NCBI GenBank assembly: GCA_031278675.1
Contig: JAITJY010000236.1
Span: 1-32,828, forward strand
Length of the DNA stretch: 32,828 nt
Reading direction: 5' to 3'
DNA from: Bifidobacteriaceae bacterium
Lineage (GTDB): Bacteria; Actinomycetota; Actinomycetes; Actinomycetales; WQXJ01
The stretch's first letter is position 1, and every line of letters begins with the position of its first letter. Under the pieces are notes generated by a model, which made no database searches, was not told the DNA's origin, and saw nothing but the letters and a program-made list of their open reading frames with translations. Positions 1-6,030 of this stretch are shown in pieces. The translations under genes were made by a program, and so were the position numbers.

Positions 1-52
1 AGCTCAATGCCGAGGTCACGGACGTAGGTAGCCCAGTCGTCGCTCCTCGCAT
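1..52 (-). CDS. 5' end (17 codons) of a leftward gene that runs out of the window; product unknown
   Basis: ATG at 52-50 on the minus strand, preceded by GAAAGGTG (SD-like) a few nt upstream. The frame stays open to the window edge. Too short to assign. Confidence 0.25.
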   Translation of the reverse strand, partial: MRGATTGLPTSVTSALS

Positions 53-71
53 CTGGCACCTTTCAAGGCTG

Positions 72-111
72 CGCCTGACCGGTCTTGCATCACGCCTGAC
101 CGGTCTGGCAT
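72..111. promoter_or_regulatory. Tandem operator-like direct repeat, two copies of CGCCTGACCGGTCT(T/G)GCAT 21 bp apart, each with the palindrome GACCGGTC
   Basis: Copies at 72-90 and 93-111 differ at one base. The 21-bp register equals two helical turns. It lies 20-60 bp upstream of the leftward ATG at 52. Confidence 0.35.
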
Positions 112-299
112 AGTTGGACGGTAGTCACATCCCCCGGCTTGTCGCGAGCCCTCGACCCAGGAGGCCAGCGTGGTGTCCGCTTTCACGTCACCCCGAGCGC
201 TGTTCAGCGCTGGCGGTCAGGGTTGCGTTCCAGCAGGCCCGAATGAGCTTGCGTCGTCCGACATCATTCCCAGCCGTCCGCATGGTAAACGTAAAGTGC

Positions 300-328
300 T
301 TGCAAAGCGCGGGCAATCTTGCGATAAT
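300..328 (+). promoter_or_regulatory. Sigma70-like promoter, TTGCAA - 17 nt - GATAAT
   Basis: -35 TTGCAA at 300-305, 17-nt spacer at 306-322, -10 GATAAT at 323-328. The predicted TSS at about 334-336 coincides with the 5' arm of the long helix described below. Confidence 0.45.
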
Positions 329-334
329 GGAGAT

Positions 335-460
335 TGTCTAGATCGTCGGTACAAGTACCCGCTCTTGGCGCAATACCTGGTAACAGGCAGCCGCCACAGT
401 AGGTGTTGCAAAGCGCTTACCGATGATCTAGACAGTCAGGTGGCTGTCTGTTTTTGTTTT
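335..460 (+). ncRNA. Candidate structured leader / riboswitch-like attenuator (or ~125-nt sRNA) upstream of tRNA-His and hisS-like
   Basis: A 15-bp helix pairs 335-349 (TGTCTAGATCGTCGG) with 420-434 (CCGATGATCTAGACA): 14 Watson-Crick pairs plus one G-U. It encloses about 70 nt that include a CCUG-GUAA-CAGG GNRA hairpin (376-387) and a 5-bp helix 367-371/413-417. The 3' arm overlaps the 5' arm of the terminator hairpin at 429-450. Confidence 0.4.
429..460 (+). terminator. Rho-independent terminator
   Basis: Stem TAGACAGTC / GGCTGTCTG (429-437 with 442-450, 7 Watson-Crick pairs plus 2 G-U) and loop AGGT, followed by TTTTTGTTTT (451-460). Confidence 0.6.
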
Positions 461-501
461 CTCCACTTGGATCGATTCTTTCAACGGGTCCGCGTGGCGT
501 G

Positions 502-576
502 GGCCGGGGTAGCTCAATGGTAGAGCATCCGACTGTGGATCGGAGAGCGCGGGTTCGATTCCCGTCCCTGGCACCA
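502..576 (+). tRNA. tRNA-His (anticodon GTG), atypical: A73 discriminator, genomic G at -1, encoded CCA
   Basis: Hand-folded cloverleaf. Acceptor GCCGGGG (503-509) pairs with CCCTGGC (566-572). D arm is GCTC/GAGC. Anticodon stem is TCCGA/TCGGA with loop CTGTGGA (anticodon 535-537 GTG). T arm is GCGGG-TTCGATT-CCCGT. Position 573 is A, then CCA at 574-576. G502 sits at -1 opposite A73. Confidence 0.88.
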
Positions 577-608
577 ACTAAGGAGGAACGCTGTGATAAG
601 GATACGAT

Positions 609-2090
609 ATGACAACTAAACTGGCCTCACCTACGCCGCTCAGAGGGTTTCAAGATCTTCTGCCTGCCGATATGTCGCTCAGAAATGAAGTCACGCGGAG
701 AATCGCCGGTGTTTACCAGGCTTACGGGTACCTCCCTCTAGACACTCCAATAGCAGAGCGCCTCACCACATTAAAGGGAGCGGGCGGCGACGAAACCGAC
801 GCGCTAATCTTCACCCTACAAACCCCGGAAGGACAAAAGATTGGTCTGAGATTCGATCTGACTGTTCCTTTCGCTAGGATAGTGGCGAACTACCACCCTC
901 ATAGAATCAAGCTGCCCTTCCGCCGGTACCACGTCGGACCTGTATTCAGAGCTGATGCACCTCAACCCGAGCAAGGACGATACCGTCAATTCACGCAATT
1001 CGATATCGATGTAGCCGGCAGTGAGGATGTCTCGGCCGACGCAGAGATCGTTGCTGTGATGTGCGACGCCATGGCATCGCTGACACTGTCTCCTTCGAGC
1101 GATCCCGAGGAACCAGGCTACTTCATCCGGATCAACAGCAGAAAGCTCGTTGACGCTGCATTGGCCGGGCTCGGACTCACAGAGCGCCACGTTGTTCATC
1201 ACGTACTGCGAGTCCTGGATAAGCTCGATAAGCTTCCTGAAGACGAGGTTCTCAAAGAGCTTCAAACTGGCCGGGTCGACTCGTCTGGAGCATTCGTGGA
1301 TGGTCTCGGGTTAGAGGAGGGAACTGCCACCGCCCTTCTTCGGTTTGTCAAAATTCGGGGTTGGGGACGAAGAGATACCCTAGCCCAACTAGAAGCGAAT
1401 CTCCCAAATACTAGCGCTTCGGCAGAGGCGGTAAACGAGATGAGCCTCCTACTGGACCACCTAGATGCGCTTGGGGTTGAGGAGCATGCTGTACTGCTTG
1501 ACGCAAGCCTTGCCAGGGGTCTTGAGTACTACACGGGTATCGTTTACGAAGGCACTCTTAGCGGCTCGGGTGTAGGGTCAGTCATCGGCGGCGGTCGGTA
1601 CGACGGACTAGTCAGCCGATTTAGTAACGAACGAATCCCCGCCGTCGGCGCATCGATTGGACTGGACAGGCTGGTGGCCGGGCTTAGAACGCTAAATATC
1701 CCAATCGTCGAATCCGGCCAGGCAGCAGTGACGCTAGTCCTAGCCACGGATCCCGCGCTTCAGATTGAGGCGAGCCGCGTTGCCGGTGAGCTGCGTCGAA
1801 GCGGAATTCCGACGGAACTCTATACCGGGGAAGCCATTGGAAAACTGGCCAAAGCGTTGCGCTATGCGAACTCGCGGGGCTTCTCCGTCACTGTCGTTGT
1901 TGGACCGGACGAACTCGCAGGGGGGTACGTTTCCGTAAAAGATCTCAGCCGTGGCAAAGAAGAGAGGGCGCAGATATCGGCGCGCGAGACGTATCGAGCG
2001 GCGGGAAGGGTTGGTCAGCACCAAGTCAACCGTGAGGACATGCCTCGCGCTGTAATGAACATAATTAAAGGGGTGCCAAGTGACGAATAA
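609..2090 (+). CDS. hisS: Histidyl-tRNA synthetase, full length with anticodon-binding domain; eukaryote/archaea-like sequence signatures
   Basis: Class II HisRS motifs: LRFDLTVPFARIVA; motif 2 RRYHVGPVFRADAPQPEQGRYRQFTQFDIDVAG; LARGLEYYTGIVYEG; motif 3 GGGRYDGLVSRF...PAVGASIGLDRL. C-terminal anticodon-binding-like region is VTLVLA...RYANSRGFSVTVVVGPDELAGGYVSVKDL. The VLDKLDKLPEDEV segment resembles the DKLDK..EEV segment of eukaryotic HisRS. Weak SD AAGGA at 598-602. Confidence 0.9.
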   Translation: MTTKLASPTPLRGFQDLLPADMSLRNEVTRRIAGVYQAYGYLPLDTPIAERLTTLKGAGGDETDALIFTLQTPEGQKIGLRFDLTVPFARIVANYHPHRIKLPFRRYHVGPVFRADAPQPEQGRYRQFTQFDIDVAGSEDVSADAEIVAVMCDAMASLTLSPSSDPEEPGYFIRINSRKLVDAALAGLGLTERHVVHHVLRVLDKLDKLPEDEVLKELQTGRVDSSGAFVDGLGLEEGTATALLRFVKIRGWGRRDTLAQLEANLPNTSASAEAVNEMSLLLDHLDALGVEEHAVLLDASLARGLEYYTGIVYEGTLSGSGVGSVIGGGRYDGLVSRFSNERIPAVGASIGLDRLVAGLRTLNIPIVESGQAAVTLVLATDPALQIEASRVAGELRRSGIPTELYTGEAIGKLAKALRYANSRGFSVTVVVGPDELAGGYVSVKDLSRGKEERAQISARETYRAAGRVGQHQVNREDMPRAVMNIIKGVPSDE

Positions 2091-2922
2091 AGTGGAACGC
2101 CACCCAACTACGTTGCTCATTTCTGCGGCGGGCGGCAATGCCACTGCTATCGCGGCAATTGACAGCCCTCTTTCGCGGACTGAATACGCGGCACGGGGAA
2201 GCCGTTTGCTCTCAAGTTTGCAAGGCGACGGAGCCGAGCAGGCGGGGTTCTTCCTGCCGAGTTCCGCTCACTTAGAAATGGCTGGTGCGGAATTCTGCGG
2301 CAACGCTACGCGGGCTGCCTTCGTAGCCCGTGAGATTCTCGGCGGAGACCGACGGGAGCGCATCACGGTTTCGGGTTACGAAGGCTCCGTCCTTGGGGCC
2401 GCACAACCTTCTTCTTGCGACCAGTGCGGCTCAACGTGCCAGTGCGGGCGCCATTTCATTGCGTGGTGCGCGTTTGAGCGCATGCAAATTCGCACGCAGG
2501 ACTGCGTATGGAGCCGAGGGCGCGGTACTCTTGTCGACCTTGGTGGAATCGTCCACTTCGTGACGTGGGACCTTTGGCCGACCGAAAGCTCCGAGGTTAG
2601 AGCTTACCATGAGGCCTTCAGGGACGAGATGGATCTCCAGAATCGAGACGCCGTCGGGCTAGTGCGGCTTCGAGAGATTCGAACGGCACTCGGCGCTCCC
2701 GCAGATGGCTTGCTCGGCATTTTTCCCATAGTTTGGGTGCGAGCAATTGACAGCTTCTTCTTTGAGACCTCGTGTGGCTCAGGCTCAATTGCCGCTGCAG
2801 TCGTCGCTGGCAGCGGACCAGTTGTCCAGCCGTCGAACGGCGTGATTGACGTCCGAGTCGAAGGACCATTCGTCCGGCTGGAGAGCGAGATGGAGGTATT
2901 GATGTGCACTTCGAACGGCTAA
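2080..2922 (+). CDS. DapF-fold (PLP-independent, two-cysteine) amino-acid epimerase/racemase-like protein with a Cys-rich insert
   Basis: N-terminal GGNAT (compare DapF GNDF). EMAGAEFCGNATRA (Cys73) resembles the DapF xMCGNGxRC motif. GGIVHFV resembles GNPHxV. ETSCGSGSIAAA (Cys232) resembles DapF ETLACGTGA. GTG start with AAAGGGG SD. Overlaps the hisS stop by 11 nt. Confidence 0.7.
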   Translation: MTNKVERHPTTLLISAAGGNATAIAAIDSPLSRTEYAARGSRLLSSLQGDGAEQAGFFLPSSAHLEMAGAEFCGNATRAAFVAREILGGDRRERITVSGYEGSVLGAAQPSSCDQCGSTCQCGRHFIAWCAFERMQIRTQDCVWSRGRGTLVDLGGIVHFVTWDLWPTESSEVRAYHEAFRDEMDLQNRDAVGLVRLREIRTALGAPADGLLGIFPIVWVRAIDSFFFETSCGSGSIAAAVVAGSGPVVQPSNGVIDVRVEGPFVRLESEMEVLMCTSNG

Positions 2923-3536
2923 TTGCTTCAAGCACTAGTGCCTCCGACATCCAAGACTTCGTCGCCGCCTACCGGGATGCTTTTGGCGGCGCACCCTACT
3001 TTGAGACGTATAGCGACGAATACATTCGGGATGAGGTACTGATCCCGCATCTCGAGAATGGACTAGTAGTGGTCGCCCGGGACAATGGCCACGTAGTTGG
3101 ATTTGGCTGTACGGTACCGGTCTATTCGTCGCCCCCTGATGTCATGGAATATATCAAAAAGCTTTCAACAGAGCCAGGCCTCCCATCCGATCTGGCACTC
3201 GAGCGGACATGGTACATGTCGGAACTGGGCACGGTAACCACTTATCGCCTGCGGGGCGTAGCGTATCAGGTGGTGCGTAGCAGGCTGATTTCAGTTTCTC
3301 ATATGGGCGGGCTGTTCTACTTCATGCGAACGGCAAAGGAAGGCTCCAATTCGCGGCACCTTTACGCGCGAATCGGCGCGCTGCCAATTGGTCAGCCTCA
3401 GAACGTTGGCGGTCTGAGAGTAACGAAAGATTCCTCCTCAAGAAGCTTAGAGCGCCAGTACATGTACGGTCGCGTAAGTGATGGGCTAGAGGCTGTACTG
3501 GGCAGGATTCGCGAAAGCGCAGACACGTCGTGCTGA
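2904..3536 (+). CDS. GNAT-family acyl-CoA N-acyltransferase
   Basis: YMSELGTVTTYRLRGVAYQVV contains the R-x-x-G-x-A pyrophosphate-binding loop of GNAT motif A, and the beta-strand pattern VVVARDNGHVVGFG lies upstream. GTG start 7 nt after GGAGG. Overlaps the upstream gene by 19 nt. Confidence 0.7.
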   Translation: MHFERLIASSTSASDIQDFVAAYRDAFGGAPYFETYSDEYIRDEVLIPHLENGLVVVARDNGHVVGFGCTVPVYSSPPDVMEYIKKLSTEPGLPSDLALERTWYMSELGTVTTYRLRGVAYQVVRSRLISVSHMGGLFYFMRTAKEGSNSRHLYARIGALPIGQPQNVGGLRVTKDSSSRSLERQYMYGRVSDGLEAVLGRIRESADTSC

Positions 3537-3596
3537 GACTGCGCGTGGCCGACGGCGCATTGGTCAGGAATTTCAAAGAATTATAGGGAATATAAT

Positions 3597-4124
3597 ATGA
3601 AGCAATATCAAATTGCCGTTATCGGTTCAGCCGGTTCAGAGGAGTATCCTTACGACAAGCCGCTGGCAGCTATGTTTGAAGCTGCTGAAAAAATCGGCCA
3701 ACTACTGGCTGTTAACAAGCTAATCGTGGTTTGTGGTGGCAAGGGCGGCGTGATGGAAGCCGTCAGTCGGGGTGCTAAATCAGCTGGAGGTATAACCGTA
3801 GCCGAAATTGCCGGCTTAAGCCGATGGGCTGCAAACGACTACATTGATGTCGAAATTGTGACTGGCGACCTGGCGTTTCGTGGGCCATCGCAACTTATCG
3901 CTATGTCAGATGCCGTTATTGCGTTAGGCGGCGGTAGCGGAACTTTACAGGAAATTTGTGTGGCGTATCGCCTCCAGAAACCAATAATTTTGCTAAGAGG
4001 TTTTGGCGGTTGGGTCGATAAACTATCACCAGTGAGTTTCTTGGACGAAAGGCGGCTAGTAAAATTTTACCAAGCGACAACGCCTGAAAATGCAGTCCAA
4101 AAAGCATTAAGTATGTTGAAATAG
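3597..4124 (+). CDS. LOG/SLOG-superfamily Rossmann protein (TIGR00725-like; possible nucleotide phosphoribohydrolase or nucleotide sensor)
   Basis: CGGKGGVMEAVSRGA (GGxxGxM motif) and LGGGSGTLQE (PGGxGTxxE-type motif) are the LOG-family signatures. Size is 175 aa. AGGGA SD lies 7 nt upstream. Confidence 0.75.
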   Translation: MKQYQIAVIGSAGSEEYPYDKPLAAMFEAAEKIGQLLAVNKLIVVCGGKGGVMEAVSRGAKSAGGITVAEIAGLSRWAANDYIDVEIVTGDLAFRGPSQLIAMSDAVIALGGGSGTLQEICVAYRLQKPIILLRGFGGWVDKLSPVSFLDERRLVKFYQATTPENAVQKALSMLK

Positions 4125-4194
4125 GAATCAATATGAATCTAAGTTTATCACGCATCGAAACAACAGCTTCAATCGTCAACGTTCTAATCGTCGA

Positions 4195-4794
4195 CTGTCG
4201 ATTGAGGTAGAGGCTGCCAGCTTAGATAAATCAGCCGGTAGTATGACTCTGGTTGACGACTTGGCAGTTTCTGGCCGGACTATCGAGGTCGCCAGGAGAA
4301 CACTAACAACTTCTGGCCAAACCATCGGCACTGTTGGACTGGGTTTACTCTTTAATAGCAACAGATGTCAAAGGCTAATCGGCGTAGACGACACGCGTCC
4401 GGTGGTAGTTTATTCACGCGAGGGCGGAAGTTATCCACCTATCAACCCTATCGACACGCTTGCTGGTAATGCCGGGATTTTAGAAGGCCTAACCGAACGG
4501 TATTTTCAACCAACCCAGCCAATTTTCGAGGCGGTCCCCCTAGAGAAGGTTGTCGCCTTTGATTCGAACATCGACTTCATCGTAGCGGGCAGACTGATTG
4601 TAGAACACCGCCCATTCCCGATCGCCAAAGGAAAAATGCCACCACTCCCCGTAAAAAGGAGCAAATCCCTCGTCGACCAACAAGTCATGCAGAAGTATGC
4701 GGTTCGCCCGCGCTCCTTTCGACACTTGGGTGGAAAATGTTGGAATCTTGACGGGATTCGAGAAATCCGATATCCGAGTCCCCATTTGAAGTGA
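4195..4794 (+). pseudogene. Type I phosphoribosyltransferase-like ORF lacking the N-terminal half; probable remnant, boundaries uncertain
   Basis: The PRPP-binding motif MTLVDDLAVSGRTIEVA sits at the first ATG (4243). PRTase-like sequence (LSIEVEAASLDKSAGS) continues upstream in the same frame with no canonical start back to the stop at 4117-4119. The 3' 255 nt are antisense to the VanX-like gene. Confidence 0.35.
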
Positions 4795-5244
4795 CTGTCC
4801 GGCTTGAGAGACTAATGTCAAGTCGACCGCAGCACCAGCTGGATGTCCAGCAACTGAGGGTACAGCGGTGAAGGCGTGAGTAATGCGAATGAGCGCGGAT
4901 TCAGTGATGTACGGGTGAGCCTTGCGGAGCATTCGAAGTCTTTGATCGTAGTATTGGCGCTGGATATCCGGATGTCTGTAGCCATAGACTATGCAGAGTC
5001 TCAGGCCTCTTGCTTTAGCAGCTTGATTCACGAGAGAGAGCTTCTGCGCAACCGTTTCCCGGACAAGTATCGCGTTCCCGGTATAAGGCGTCATGTCCGT
5101 CTGGGTGTGCCGCGCTATGATGGTCGAGTCGAAGGTGCGGACGTCGAGGAGTGACTCGGCGCTTTGACCAGCGGGAACCGTAGCCAAATCGTCATACTCC
5201 AACACTCTCCGCGTAGTGAAGAATTCACTTGACAATCGCGCCAT
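4540..5244 (-). CDS. VanX/DdpX-like D-Ala-D-Ala dipeptidase (peptidase M15D)
   Basis: VAGHPAGAAVDLTL resembles the VanX S-x-H-x-x-G-x-A-x-D zinc/substrate motif. FYGEWWHFSF resembles the VanX EWWH motif about 30 aa from the C-terminus. AGGAGG SD lies 8 nt upstream of the ATG. Confidence 0.8.
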   Translation of the reverse strand: MARLSSEFFTTRRVLEYDDLATVPAGQSAESLLDVRTFDSTIIARHTQTDMTPYTGNAILVRETVAQKLSLVNQAAKARGLRLCIVYGYRHPDIQRQYYDQRLRMLRKAHPYITESALIRITHAFTAVPSVAGHPAGAAVDLTLVSQAGQSLQMGTRISDFSNPVKIPTFSTQVSKGARANRILLHDLLVDEGFAPFYGEWWHFSFGDREWAVFYNQSARYDEVDVRIKGDNLL

Positions 5245-5634
5245 GCAGCCAATTACCTCCTGTTAGTTCAATATTGCGACCAAGGAACGGAGGACTCCGC
5301 GGTACCATCCTTGTTCCGCAACGCATTCCTGCGCTGCGGCACTCTGTGCCAATCTATCAACAATTGATTTCGGCTGCTGCATTTACGGTTCGGCTTCCGG
5401 CGCGTATTTGGCGCGCAGCTCACCCTAGCGTGAATAGGGCTCAAACGCTTTGCTGCTATTGTGGCATACTTGTCTGCTCTCGTCAAGCGGCCGACAAGAC
5501 TCAACTTTACGTTGCTCGCACCATAGTCACCTAATGTGATCGCGAAACGGCGTGCTTGCCTCACTTGGGGGTGGTCGCGAAACGCCGCGGTCGCTGGCGC
5601 TTGGCGGGCTTCGCCGGGTGTTCGCTGGCTGGAC

Positions 5635-5826
5635 ATGGCGAAGGGCCTGGACATGGTGACGAAGCGTGGGTTGACGAAGGCCTACGCGGCTGACTACGGA
5701 CGTGCGTCGAAGACGGATAAGGGGCGGATGCTCGAGGAGTTGACGGCGGCTGCGGGCTGGTCGCGGGTGAACGCGCGTCGCGCGAGCAGGCGGGCGTCTG
5801 AGCGGCGCGGGCGGCGTCGGTGGTGA
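5635..5826 (+). mobile_element. N-terminal fragment (~63 aa) of a transposase (HTH region only); IS remnant
   Basis: MVTKRGLTKAYAADYGRASKTDKGRMLEELTAAAGWSRVNARRA resembles the N-terminal HTH segment of actinobacterial DDE transposases, from memory. The ORF stops long before any catalytic domain. Confidence 0.4.
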
Positions 5827-5867
5827 GCCACTTAGCCTGAGATAGGCGCTCGTAGGAGCCAAGAGAT

Positions 5868-5955
5868 TGAGGGGGCGTCCATGCTTGACGCTCCGCTGAA
5901 TCTTGCGCTCAATCATTCGGTGCTTACCAAACTGTCGATACGCGGAGACTATGGG
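5868..5955 (-). mobile_element. Possible C-terminal fragment of an IS5-family transposase
   Basis: The minus-strand frame reads YRQFGKHRMIERKIQRSVKHGR, which resembles the IS5-family Y(K/R)xRxxIERxFxxLKxxR C-terminal motif. There is no intact ORF context. Confidence 0.25.
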
Positions 5956-6030
5956 CATATGCGCAGGACGCGGTGCCACCATCGTGCAAGTAGGGGAGTA
6001 GAAGACTACGCGCTCATAGGGGTCTCAGAG

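Noticed and set aside
335-460. Canonical T-box riboswitch upstream of the HisRS gene
   Set aside because: No match to the conserved T-box core (AGGGUGGNACCGCG-like) was seen, and no long Stem I with a specifier loop. Only a GGUGG in the terminator loop. The element is kept as an unclassified structured leader.
114-523. ORFs 114-341(+), 170-523(+) and 217-411(-) as protein-coding genes
   Set aside because: They overlap one another and have Arg/Ser/Cys-rich compositions with no motifs and no RBS. They also span the promoter, leader and terminator signals and run into the tRNA.
609-2090. The HisRS paralogue might be HisZ, the regulatory subunit of ATP-phosphoribosyltransferase, especially with a PRTase-like ORF nearby
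   Set aside because: The protein keeps the catalytic motif 2, the histidine-binding motifs and motif 3, and has a full C-terminal anticodon-binding-like domain, which HisZ lacks. The nearby PRTase fragment has a type I PRPP loop and is not HisG-like.
4133-4210. The 25-codon ORF (MNLSLSRIETTASIVNVLIVDCRLR) as the missing N-terminus of the PRTase via a frameshift
   Set aside because: Even if joined, the product would still lack about 70-100 residues of the type I PRTase fold. The ORF shows no PRTase-like motif.
577-5535. Direct repeat of the tRNA-His 3' end (att site) marking a tRNA-targeted integrative island
   Set aside because: By eye I found no second copy of GGGTTCGATTCCCGTCCCTGGCACCA or a sizeable part of it, and no integrase gene. 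The low-GC zone also starts upstream of the tRNA, so the tRNA looks like cargo rather than a target.
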